Shown here in pieces: positions 25,795 to 37,378 of a DNA stretch of 64,000 bases. Positions within the stretch are counted from its first letter, which is position 1. Each line of letters opens with the position of its first letter. This stretch comes from Octopus bimaculoides. Its lineage: Eukaryota. The notes under the pieces were generated by a model. That model searched no databases. It saw only the letters and a program-made list of their open reading frames with translations, and was not told the origin of the DNA. Made by a program: the position numbers and the translations under genes. The stretch spans positions 13,630,884-13,694,883 of the forward strand of contig NC_068991.1 in NCBI RefSeq assembly GCF_001194135.2, read 5' to 3'.

Positions 25795-25955
25795 ATGCTC
25801 TATGGGTAAGGAGCTCGCTTTGCAGCCTCATGGTTTCCGGTTCCGTTCGACTATATGGTACATGGGAAAAGGACCTACAGGTATAGCCGCACGGTACCCA
25901 ATTCATTGTGAGTGAATTTGGCAGACGGAAATTGCGCAGAAGTCCATCGTGTGCG
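25795..25955 (+). mobile_element. SINE family B head, decayed
   Basis: ggtaaggagctcgctttgcagcc...ttgtgagtgaatttggcagacggaaa. Confidence 0.65.
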
Positions 25956-25982
25956 TGTGTGAATATATATGACTGTGAGTGT

Positions 25983-26021
<39 letters not shown>

Positions 26022-26024
<3 letters not shown>

Positions 26025-26295
26025 CTGTGTGGTAAGAAGCTTGCTTACCAACCACATGGTTCCGAGTTCAGTCCCACTTTGTGGCACCTTCGGCGAGCGT
26101 CTTCTACTATAGCTTCGGGCCCACCGAAGCCTTCTGAGTGGATTTGGTAGATTTGGTAGAAGCCCATCGTATACATATATATATGTGTATGTGTTTCTGT
26201 GTTTGACCCTCACCGCCATCACGTGGCAATCGATGCTGGCGATGCTCCAGCATGGCCACAGTCAAATGACTGACACAAGTAAAGGAATAAAAGAA
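26022..26295 (+). mobile_element. SINE family B with internal deletion
   Basis: Head intact; the tail jumps from cgatgctgg to gatgctccagcatggccacagtcaaatgac. Confidence 0.88.
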
Positions 26296-26305
26296 CATAC
26301 ATACA

Positions 26306-26365
<60 letters not shown>

Positions 26366-27049
26366 NNNNNNNNNNNNNNNNNNNNNNNNNNNNNNNNNNN
26401 NNNNNNNNNNNNNNNNNNNNNNNNNNNNNNNNNNNNNNNNNNNNNNNNNNNNNNNNNNNNNNNNNNNNNNNNNNNNNNNNNNNNNNNNNNNNNNNNNNNN
26501 NNNNNNNNNNNNNNNNNNNNNNNNNNNNNNNNNNNNNNNNNNNNNNNNNNNNNNNNNNNNNNNNNNNNNNNNNNNNNNNNNNNNNNNNNNNNNNNNNNNN
26601 NNNNNNNNNNNNNNNNNNNNNNNNNNNNNNNNNNNNNNNNNNNNNNNNNNNNNNNNNNNNNNNNNNNNNNNNNNNNNNNNNNNNNNNNNNNNNNNNNNNN
26701 NNNNNNNNNNNNNNNNNNNNNNNNNNNNNNNNNNNNNNNNNNNNNNNNNNNNNNNNNNNNNNNNNNNNNNNNNNNNNNNNNNNNNNNNNNNNNNNNNNNN
26801 NNNNNNNNNNNNNNNNNNNNNNNNNNNNNNNNNNNNNNNNNNNNNNNNNNNNNNNNNNNNNNNNNNNNNNNNNNNNNNNNNNNNNNNNNNNNNNNNNNNN
26901 NNNNNNNNNNNNNNNNNNNNNNNNNNNNNNNNNNNNNNNNNNNNNNNNNNNNNNNNNNNNNNNNNNNNNNNNNNNNNNNNNNNNNNNNNNNNNNNNNNNN
27001 NNNNNNNNNNNNNNNNNNNNNNNNNNNNNNNNNNNNNNNNNNNNNNNNN

Positions 27050-27101
<52 letters not shown>

Positions 27102-27322
27102 CACACACTCACTCACATATATACATATATATGTAATGAGGGGTAAAAAGGATTTATAAATTCCGTCAGATATCTTGTAAGCACTCAGTTTATGCGAACA
27201 CAATGTTATCAAGCTTATATATATAGTAAATCTTGGAAAACCAGAATTGAATTCTATATAAATTGCTAAAATATTTAACTGATTACTGACTATCTCTGAC
27301 ATTGACAACATGTTTCTGTTAG

Positions 27323-27397
27323 TATGACAATATTGCCGACAGTTGCGGCTGCAATAGTAATTGGGACGAAAATATCTTTTAGCAAAATCAGATATAC
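27323..27397 (+). CDS. Candidate exon (MTILPTVAAAIVIGTKISFSKIRY)
   Basis: Branch-like ctgac motifs, acceptor atgtttctgttag, weak donor TAC|GTAAAA; hydrophobic open frame. Confidence 0.18.
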
Positions 27398-27722
27398 GTA
27401 AAACTTTTAACATCCCATTCTCAGACATGAATTGCTGAGTTAGCAAAACAGTATCAGATCAATACTTAATCAGTTGACGAAGAAATTGATTTTCATAGAT
27501 GTTATTTGGTAGATTATAAAAATAAAAGCCAGAAAATCTCATTTCATTAGCTGATTAGGCTTATTGTTATTTAGTGTAAAATATATTTTTCACTTGATCA
27601 TTCTAAAGTCCAAGGAATGAAACATTTACATAAGTCCACCAATGGTCATAGTCAGATATCCTATTATCTTCCATTCTTAATAATCCTTTTCGACCTTAAT
27701 GGTTAATAAAGAACAGATTCTT

Positions 27723-27856
27723 AATAATCCTTTCTACTAAAGGCACAAAGTCTAAAGTTTTAGGGGAGGGGTAAGTCGATTACATCGCCCCCAGTACTCA
27801 ACAGGTACTAGCAATCGTTAGTACAAGACCGTAACCACTAGGCAACGCGCCTTCAC
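27723..27856 (-). mobile_element. SINE A 3' fragment abutting a D-type head fragment
   Basis: ctactaaaggcacaaag...gtaagtcgattacatcgcccccagtactc then accgtaaccactaggcaacgcgccttcac. Confidence 0.65.
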
Positions 27857-28480
27857 ACATTCAATATAAATTTAGTCAAACAAAACCTTGCATTTCTGTA
27901 ATAACAGCAATCCTCTAGCATTTTCAAATATATTTTGAAACTGCTGAGAGGTTATTAAAGCTGATGGCAAAATTTGATCTGGTCCTGAAAGCACATCTAA
28001 ATAACATGGAGAAGTATCGTGAAAGAGTTTCATATTTATTACTGTTAGGGTAAAATGGAAATGTTCAGCTGGTAGCTTCTACTGTCCACTAAAATTATAT
28101 TAAAGTATTCATTCATATGATTAAATATTTTGGCTTCTTCATTAATTCGAGGATGTTAATCAGTTGAGTTAGTTTTACTCTAACATCTTGTCACACAAGA
28201 TACTTGTTCTCGACAGCTATATTTAAATACATTTGCATTATTCATTAATAAACGTTAACTAGTGTTGACTGACGTTTATTGCTGATAGATAGCAACACAC
28301 ATGAAGTAAGAAAGCCTTAATAAAATAACTAAATACTCTAAGAATAAACACACTTTCTTCATTTCGTCTGTATGTTCTCCCTATTTTTTTTTAAAGTCAA
28401 ATAAATAGACGCCTTATTCGTTCTTGTTTATTATTGCTCTTATTTTATATCCATTGACTGGAAATCTTTAGTCACAGATT

Positions 28481-28584
28481 CTGTGACCTCTTCATCGACT
28501 CTCCATCTCACGTGACTTCTGTTCTATCTTCATAACAGAACAGGAGGTGACACATGGGATGGAGAGTCACTGAAAAGGTCACAG
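28481..28584. other. 104-nt imperfect inverted repeat (about 45-nt arms, 11-nt loop)
   Basis: ctgtgacctcttcatcgactctccatctcacgtgacttctgttct pairs with agaacaggaggtgacacatgggatggagagtcactgaaaaggtcacag. Confidence 0.9.
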
Positions 28585-28887
28585 GATGTGTGACGAAATA
28601 TTTCCATACCATGTGTCTTTATTTGGCAAAAAAAAAAATGTGACCATCCCGAAATATAGTAATATCTGCTTCAACTCATGATTTCATATCAGGAATCTTG
28701 TAAAACAAATTCACAAACGTAGAATCTTTCAAGTCGTCCTGTAAGGAAGAGGTTGCTTACTAACAAAGGTACAAACCTCCGTTGTTTGAATGTAATCTAG
28801 AAAAACATTGTCACATATTGAACTTGAGAAAAATTTTATGCATATATATTGTTACACTTACAGTCAATTGTATTTGTAATGTGTATT

Positions 28888-29521
28888 TGAGATGTGTGAG
28901 GGGGGACATTTGGTAAGGATGAGTGATGAGCGACTGCGCAAGCAGCTATTGTATAGTGTGCTGCAAGATGGCGGGAGACCAGCACATAAGCCTAAACTAA
29001 AATTTAAGGATTGCCTTAAAAATGCTCTAATACAGACAGGAATTGCAGCTGGTAATTGGGAGAGGGGGGCACAAGACCGTGATGGATGGAAGAAGATAGT
29101 GCATGATGGTTGTTCAAGGTTTGAGACGGAGAGAGTGAAGTATGAGAGAATTAGGAGGGGGCTTAGAAGGGGGAACCTGTGGAAAGTGAAAGAGTGTTGT
29201 GTGGTTTGTAGGCGGAGGTGTTTGAGTCGTGCAGGCCTGGTGAACCATCAAAATTCTCACAGAAGTCGACCCATGATAAACAATGATGTGGCTATTAAAA
29301 TTCATAACAGAACGTGTAAAATGTGGAGGACTAAAAGACATGTTAAGAGAGTACATATGGTGGCACCTGTTTCTCCTGCCAGCTAGCACAGTTGTCTAGT
29401 ATGTAATAAAGTATGTAAAAGCTTGGCCGGGTTTAAAAGTCATACGAGGGCATCATATGGCAACAATCATGAATCATTTCAGTAAGTCTTTTTGGCTTTT
29501 CTCGTGTAACGAGGATGCAGC
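28888..29521 (+). mobile_element. RTE-clade LINE 3' fragment with C-terminal C2H2 fingers, 3' stem-loop and following (TGTA)n-rich tail
   Basis: GHLVRMSDERLRKQLLYSVLQDGGRPAHKPKLKFKDCLK...WE..AQDRDGWK...CVVCRRRCLSRAGLVNH; in-frame TAG at 29384-29386, then CLVCNKVCKSLAGFKSH; stop at 29483-29485. Confidence 0.9.
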
Positions 29522-31654
29522 TGTGATGTATGTATATGCATGCATGTATGTATGCATCTTTGTATATATGTATATGTATACATATGTAGTTAGATAGGTT
29601 GGTACGTATGTATGTACTTATGCATGTATGTATGTGGTTATAGATGTAATCTGAATATGTATATAGATATTATATAGATACATGTGTGTATATAAATGTA
29701 ATATATCGATATATATACATTTGCATATATATATATATATATATNNNNNNNNNNTATACAGATGTACATTTATCGATTTACCGATGTACACTTATATATA
29801 GACAAGCATATATATTTTACATTATACATTATATATATAGATGTGTGTGTGTGTGTGCGTGTGTGTGTGTGTAGGTATGTATGTGTGTGTGTATGTGCGT
29901 GTGTGCGTGTGTGAGTGTGTGTGTGAATTGCCCATCTATCTATCTTGGATAATTTAATGCTGTGCACGCTGATATGTTAACGTATCTTCTGCATCTCACA
30001 CAGAATAATAACAATAGCATTCAGTTAAAAAAAAAACCCCAAAAAAACCACCCCCAAAAAACTCATTTCATCCCTCAGGAAAGGAAATCCATCAAACACA
30101 CACTTTATATATAAAACCAACTGAGAATGTTTGTTACAGTTTACGAATGGCTCACCTTACTTTCTTGGCGTTATTTCACCAAAACCGAGTGAAAGAATGG
30201 ATGCGTTTTAAGTAAACATGTAGTTTTGATGGTTCTAGCAAGGCAAATACGCGCATATGATTGGTATAAGTGAATTATCTACGATATATAAAAAGAGCCT
30301 GGGCGTTGTGATTTATCTCACAGCCCATTAAACACAGTGAATTGTATTGGCAAGGCTTGTGGGAACATAATATTTAACTTTGTAAATTATGTCTCATTCT
30401 CTCACCAAAATATGCATATATATATATGTATANNNNNNNNNNNNNNNNNNNNNNNNNNNNNNNNNNNNNNNNNNNNNNNNNNNNNNNNNNNNNNNNNNNN
30501 NNNNNNNNNNNNNNNNNNNNNNNNNNNNNNNNNNNNNNNNNNNNNNNNNNNNNNNNNNNNNNNNNNNNNNNNNNNNNNNNNNNNNNNNNNNNNNNNNNNN
30601 NNNNNNNNNNNNNNNNNNNNNNNNNNNNNNNNNNNNNNNNNNNNNNNNNNNNNNNNNNNNNNNNNNNNNNNNNNNNNNNNNNNNNNNNNNNNNNNNNNNN
30701 NNNNNNNNNNNNNNNNNNNNNNNNNNNNNNNNNNNNNNNNNNNNNNNNNNNNNNNNNNNNNNNNNNNNNNNNNNNNNNNNNNNNNNNNNNNNNNNNNNNN
30801 NNNNNNNNNNNNNNNNNNNNNNNNNNNNNNNNNNNNNNNNNNNNNNNNNNNNNNNNNNNNNNNNNNNNNNNNNNNNNNNNNNNNNNNNNNNNNNNNNNNN
30901 NNNNNNNNNNNNNNNNNNNNNNNNNNNNNNNNNNNNNNNNNNNNNNNNNNNNNNNNNNNNNNNNNNNNNNNNNNNNNNNNNNNNNNNNNNNNNNNNNNNN
31001 NNNNNNNNNNNNNNNNNNNNNNNNNNNNNNNNNNNNNNNNNNNNNNNNNNNNNNNNNNNNNNNNNNNNNNNNNNNNNNNNNNNNNNNNNNNNNNNNNNNN
31101 NNNNNNNNNNNNNNNNNNNNNNNNNNNNNNNNNNNNNNNNNNNNNNNNNNNNNNNNNNNNNNNNNNNNNNNNNNNNNNNNNNNNNNNNNNNNNNNNNNNN
31201 NNNNNNNNNNNNNNNNNNNNNNNNNNNNNNNNNNNNNNNNNNNNNNNNNNNNNNNNNNNNNATATATATATATATATATACATATATATGTATGTATATA
31301 TATTTTACGGTTTGTGAGCTGAATGGCGTTGTAATATTGCAATTTGCAATGTGGTGCACATCTTTCCGTTGCATAAACTATTTGCTTCAAAATGTATTTG
31401 GTTTCGCATATTGTGATTACGGTGACACACGCGCACACACACACACACATACACATACACGCACGAATACACTCACACATATGTGTTTGATTATATATAC
31501 TTTCTTACACACTCGCCTACACATATGTACTTCCATACATGGAGGAGCCACTTATCAGATACATATATATATATACATGTATACCAATATCATTTATTGT
31601 ATTGCCGATTCATTCGATAAATGTGGAGAACCTTGTATTATCGTTTTACCTACG

Positions 31655-31724
<70 letters not shown>

Positions 31725-31761
31725 CACCCATCCATCCATCCATCCATCCATCCATCCATCC

Positions 31762-31833
<72 letters not shown>

Positions 31834-32378
31834 GTCAGTGTGTCTATTTATCTTTGTCTCTGCCTGTCTCTTTTGCTACGAATCTGTTAAATTCACTCGT
31901 ATATATATATATATATATATATATATNNNNNNNNNNNNNNNNNNNNNNNNNNNNNNNNNNNNNNNNNNNNNNNCATATATAGATATAAATGTATACATAC
32001 ACACACGGACAAGCACATATATGTACATATGCATACATGCATATATATTACTGGCATATACACACACACACATATATAGATATAAATGTATACATACACA
32101 CACGGACAAGCACATATATGTACATAAAGATACCTTTTCAACTTGTCTTCCTACACACGCGCGTAGATTTGTATAGCAATACCTATTTATCTATTTCGGG
32201 AATTGGTGAGATCAATATTTGTCGGTGAATGGTTACATCGTTCTATGATTCTTCAGACTGGCCATAAAGAATCACAAGATAAATGTACCAGTACCCGGGA
32301 TATATTGATCTTACCAATTCCTGAAATCTCTTCTTTGTTTGGGTGTGTGTGTAGGCGTTGGGGGAATATATAGGTTTC

Positions 32379-32505
32379 GTGCCACTGTGAATATGCATAT
32401 GTGCCACTATGAATATGCGTATGTGCCACTGTGAATATGCGTATGTGCCACTATAAATATGCGTATGTGCCACTGTGAATATGCGTATGTGCCACTGTGA
32501 ATATG
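32379..32505. repeat. 22-bp minisatellite, about 5.8 copies (gtgccactgtgaatatgcgtat)
   Basis: Direct reading. Confidence 0.95.
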
Positions 32506-32513
32506 AACGCAGT

Positions 32514-33055
32514 TAAGGTGGTGAGCAGACAGAATCGTTAGCGCCCCAGACAAAATGTTTAGCGGCATTTTGTCTGTCGTGACGTTCTGAGATCAAATTC
32601 CATCGCGGTCGACCTTCATCATTAAACTAGTAAAAGTCGTAAAAGTCAAGCACTGGGGACGCTGAATTTGACAAGCCCTCTCCTCTAAAATTTCAGGCCT
32701 TTTGCCTCTAGTAGAAAGGTTTTGTCATGTGCATAATTAAAGCGATGAGCGGGGGAAAGTCGATAGCTCGGCGAGTAAAATACTGAGCGGTATTTCGTCC
32801 ATCTTTACGTACTGACCTCAAATTTCGTCGAAGACGATTACACATTTCATCATTATGGGATCAATAAATTAAGAACCAATTGAACACAGGGGGCAATGTA
32901 ATCGATTTAACTCCCTCCAAAATTGTTGGGCATGCACCGAAATTGAAACCTATTATTAGGTCTTAGATAAGGCAGAACCGTTGGTATGTCGGGGAAGATG
33001 CTTAGCGATACTTCATCTGTCTCAACATTCTGAGTTCAAATTCCACCGAATAAGT
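32514..33055 (+). mobile_element. Three head-to-tail SINE A copies (third is 3'-truncated)
   Basis: Heads at about 32514, 32738 and 32968, each with cagaa.cg.tag...aaatgcttagcg...tctgag.tcaaatt. Confidence 0.75.
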
Positions 33056-33323
33056 CTCTATCTATATAACGTATATATACATTTTTACTCACAGACACAC
33101 AAATACGCACAAACATACAGACACACGAATACACACACACACACACACATGGTCATGGTGCTGTTTCTCTCACAGACGATGCCCAGGTGACCCTACTATA
33201 CTGTGTAGTCGACAAAGTCAAAAACAAACAATACACAAACGCGAAATTAAAAGCATAAAATGACGACAATGTATCCATCGCACCTTATATATGTGTGTGT
33301 GTGTGCGCGCGAGTGTGTGTGTA

Positions 33324-33361
<38 letters not shown>

Positions 33362-33719
33362 GTAAATATTTCAGTTTCTCTCTCATTCTTCTCTTTCTTA
33401 CCCAACTGTCTTCATATCTCAATGCCATCGTGAAAAGCATTTAACTTACTAAACAACCGTGCTTTTCAAAATTAGATTATTTCTTGTTATCAAAGATGTA
33501 ATTTACTTCGAGAAGTAAACAAAACTAAGAATCTGACTTCAGAAATGTCTCTTCAGAAAACTTACAAATAAATATTCGCTCGTTCTGTCCTGTTTGCTTG
33601 CTTTTCGTAACAGTTTTCCTTTTAAATATGAAATGTTATCTATTTATTTCTCTTTCTATGCCTATCGTTCTGTCTATTTATTGTCATTCTGCTTGTGTCC
33701 TTCGTTTATTTGTTACTGT

Positions 33720-34020
33720 CCTTTCTTCTTTCTTTCTTTCTTTTCTTCCTTCCTTCCTTCCTTCCTTCCTTCCTTCCTTCCTTCCTTTCTTCCTTCCTTC
33801 TTTCCTTCCTTCCTTCCGTTATTCCTTCCTTCCTTTATTCCTTCCATTCTTCCTTTCATTTTTCTTTCTCACACTCTATTTTTCTTTGTCTCTGTCTCCC
33901 ATTTTCGTTTTATCGTTCTTTCTTTTCTCTTTTACTTTCTTTTTCTCTCTCTGTTTCTTTCTCTCTCTCTGTTTCTTTCTCTATTCCTTTCTTTCTTTTT
34001 TTTCTTTCTTTCTTTCTTCT
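33720..34020. repeat. (TTCC)n/(TC)n polypyrimidine tract
   Basis: Direct reading. Confidence 0.95.
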
Positions 34021-34044
34021 CAGCCCCAAAATAAACCCAATATG

Positions 34045-34213
34045 ATGAGCACTATCCGTCCATCTAATGCCTCCATTCATTTTCACGGAGGTCTACATCA
34101 AGTGCCTGGAGGAGGTAGTGCAGCCCTGGGTCAAAAGGGTGGCTGCTGGAAGACCCTATGTCTGGCAACAGGACTCTGCACGTTGCCACACAAGCAGGAG
34201 AACCCACTCATGA
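34045..34213 (+). mobile_element. maT (DD37D) transposase fragment
   Basis: EVYIKCLEEVVQPWVKRVAAGRPYVWQQDSARCHTSRRT; same family as 39600-40265. Confidence 0.85.
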
Positions 34214-34552
34214 CGGTCAAACACAACTTTCCATAGCTTCAGAATGACACAAGTTAACTCCCATTGTAGGGATGGAAATAAATGGTAATCCGAAGGTGCT
34301 AGGTCTGGTGAATGGCAAACTGTAACAATTTCTGCCGGGTCTGCAATGAAAGGTGAGTTCTGACGTTGTTCTCGAGGAAGACGATATTCATCTGATAGGC
34401 AAATTCTGGGCACTTTTCATCGATCACCTTACCTTCTTTAATCGGTGTAATTGGGAAGAAAAATTGTCTGAATTCAATATCTGATTTTGCAGAGGAAACT
34501 CGTAATAAACAGTATCCTTCCAATCCCATCAGATACAGAACATTATCACCGG
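34214..34552 (-). mobile_element. mariner (DD34D) catalytic-domain fragment
   Basis: WDWKDTVYYEF...IVFLENNVRTHLSLQTRQKLL...HSPDLAPSDYHLFPSLQ. Confidence 0.85.
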
Positions 34553-35240
34553 ATACTGACCGATTTTGAAATGATTAAAGGTGGTTCATTTCGTTTCCTT
34601 CAAGACCCTTTTCTCTCTACATGGTTGTAAACAATTCAAGTTTCATCACTTGCTATCCTTCTTTTCAAAACTGGATGTGTTTTGCTGCGTTTGAACTGGA
34701 AACTGCAGACGGAAATGCGTTACATTTATATATTTTTGTTAAATTATGATGTATCCAAAATATCGTAGTGATTCACGTATCGAAGTGTTTTTAAATGCCT
34801 TATAACCTTTATATGACACATGTGGAATATCTCTGCGATGTCTCGTGTCATGTGACCGGGATTATTTTTCATTATCATTTTTGTTTGGTCATCATCTACG
34901 GCTGTAGGCCTGTGGCAACGTTCATGCTCTTCCAGATGAAAATCTTCACTCCTAATTTCAGCGTACCGATTATAAACAACCCTCTCGATAGTGGCGCCAC
35001 CTTCGTAAACTGCACATATCTCTTTTAAACATTATTAAATGTTGAAAATGTATCTAACTTTCCTCCATTTTCCCCGTTAATGTACAAACAATAAACATAT
35101 TATACACAGAGTAAAATTATAGTAAGGCGTGTTGAAATGTCATCTTCCAGAAAATATGTTATAATGCATTTATCACGCGAGAAAAGAAATCACGTACTGA
35201 ATGATCAGCACTTAAAATATTTTTGTTACAACCGAACAAG

Positions 35241-35282
<42 letters not shown>

Positions 35283-35283
35283 C

Positions 35284-35318
<35 letters not shown>

Positions 35319-35465
35319 NNNNNNNNNNNNNNNNNNNNNNNNNNNNNNNNNNNNNNNNNNNNNNNNNNNNNNNNNNNNNNNNNNNNNNNNNNNNNNNNNN
35401 NNNNNNNNNNNNNNNNNNNNNNNNNNNNNNNNNNNNNNNNNNNNNNNNNNNNNNNNNNNNNNNNN

Positions 35466-35511
<46 letters not shown>

Positions 35512-35799
35512 GTGAATAAATGCCTAAGTGTCAACCTGGTTAAATTAGAGCTTTCACAAAAAGAAATAATCCAGCTAAGTTGCACATTGCAAATACAATC
35601 ATTAAGTGGAACAGTAAAAATATGTAAAACGTTTCTCAAGATTTTGTTATCTACGTTCCAACAATGTATTTTTGTTAGAAACATGCTCCTCGCTCAGAGG
35701 AAGAATTTAAATGATTAAATCAGAAGAGAACATCCAACATTGTTTAGGAAGACCATCTCTTGAGGTCGGTGAATCATCGGAATCCTTAATGTTGAAGGA

Positions 35800-35990
35800 A
35801 ATTGTTTGTCGTATTTGTTCTTGCCTTTAACGTTCTAAACTCACATCTTGCTGCGTCAACTCCGCCTTTCTACTCTCTGAGATCAATAGTTCAAAGTACC
35901 AGTTATACTCAGAGGTGGTCAATATCATCGGCCAGCACTCCGTCTCACAAACTTACTGGTCTTGTGTCTGAATTCGAAATCCGTATTTTT
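35800..35990 (+). mobile_element. SINE A-related, strongly decayed
   Basis: ctttaacgttctaaactc...gtcaactccgcctttc...aagtaccagtt...tggtcttgtgtctgaattcgaaatcc. Confidence 0.5.
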
Positions 35991-36625
35991 AATACTATCC
36001 TTTTTCTTTTATCGAAGTTTTAACTTTCCCATTTAATTATAGTAAATATTTTTTTCTAGTTTAATTCTTTTAATAAATAACTCTGCCAAACATCTTCCGA
36101 ACCTCCCCCGACATTTTGTTATCAATCATCTTAAAAATAACTGAATTTGAAGGATTTTAATTATTGAGATGGTCATGAATATTTTTTTTTCTAAAATAAG
36201 CTTCTAAATTTATTTGCTCTCAAACCTTTTCAAATTATTCTAGGAAATAGAATTGCTGTTGTTGTTTTGTTGTTGTTGCGATGATAGTTATGCATGCGAT
36301 CATGGTTGTTATTGATGTTGTTAGTAGTGGTGGAGCTGCTAGCGGTGGCGGCGGCGGCGGAAGTGGTGATGGTGTTTGTTAGTGGTAGTGGTTTGTTTGT
36401 ACGTTGTGTGTTTGTGTTTGTTTATGACAGATGCTGTGAAGGATACGTCCGTGCTTTTGTGTTGTTGTTTTCGTTGTGGGTATGGTTGGTTGGCTGGTTG
36501 GCTGGTTTGTAGTTGACGTAGTCTGTAGTTTATTGTTGGTTGGGTGTGGACGAGCATGTATTTGCGGTTTGTTGTTGTTGTTGCAGTAAGATGTTGATGA
36601 CCGATGCAATTCGTAGAGTATCGCT

Positions 36626-37034
36626 GAAGCATGGCTGTGTGGTAAGAAGTTTGTTTCCTGACCACATGGTCTCGGGTTCAGTCCCACTGCGTGGCACCTT
36701 GGGCAAGTGTCTTCTACTATAGCCTCGGGCTGACCAAAGCCTTGTCAATGAATTTGGTAGACGGAAACTGGAAGAAGCCTGTCGTATATGTATATATGCA
36801 TATGTATGTGTGTGTGTATGTTTGTGTGTCTGTTTGTAAACCCCACCAGCATCGCTTGACAGCCGATGTTGATGTGTTTACGTCCCCGTACCATAGCAGT
36901 TCGGCAAAACGGATCGCTAAAATAAGTACTAGACTTACAAAGAATAAGCTCTGGGGTCCATTTGCTCGACTATAAAGGCTGTGCTCCAGCATGACCGCAG
37001 TCAAACGATTGAAACAAGTAAAAGAGTAAAAGAG
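36626..37034 (+). mobile_element. SINE family B, full length with internal (TA/TG)n
   Basis: ggctgtgtggtaagaag...ggttcagtcccactgcgtggcaccttgggcaagtg...gaaacaagtaaaagagtaaaagag. Confidence 0.92.
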
Positions 37035-37165
37035 TATACATACATACATACACATGCCCCCCCCCCCACGCAGATGGTTTAGTCATAAACCATACAGAAA
37101 CTCAGTCATAAGCAATATTTAACAAATTAGCAATCGATTGATTATGGTATTTTAATCCCATGCAA

Positions 37166-37378
37166 GGCTGTGAGCTGGCAGAATCGTTAGCACGCTGAAT
37201 GAAATGCTTAGCGGTATTTCGCCCGTCGCTACGTTCTGAGTTCGAATTCCGCAGAGGTTGACTTTGCATTTCATCCTTTCAGGGTCGATAATCTAAGTTA
37301 CCAGTTGCGTACTGGGGTCGATCTAATCGATAATTCTCCTCCCTCAAGTTTGAGGTCTTGTGCCTTTAGTTGAAATGA
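37166..37378 (+). mobile_element. SINE family A with 18-bp TSD
   Basis: Flanks tattttaatcccatgcaa (37148-37165) and tatttcaattgcatgcaa (37379-37396), 15/18 identical. Confidence 0.9.

Noticed and set aside
27673-27733. 17-bp direct repeat attcttaataatccttt
   Set aside because: It encloses only 27 bp and one copy overlaps a SINE A tail; not interpretable as a TSD
28537-28577. Exon-like TGGDTWDGESLK after a pyrimidine tract
   Set aside because: The pyrimidine tract is the left arm of the hairpin and the donor (GTCACA) is poor
31974-32126. Direct repeat of about 55 bp next to a gap; similar duplications at 2623-2775, 19950-20160 and 44485-44650
   Set aside because: Slippage or tandem duplication within microsatellite mosaics, or an assembly effect; no other structure
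30337-32176. Long ORFs in the track (e.g. 595 aa at 30389-32176, 394 aa at 26262-27446) and all others containing X
   Set aside because: They read through N gaps and (TA)/(CA)/(TATC) tracts; the translations are dipeptide or tetrapeptide repeats
32379-32505. 22-bp repeat array considered as CRISPR-like
   Set aside because: Units are contiguous with no spacers, and the context is eukaryotic
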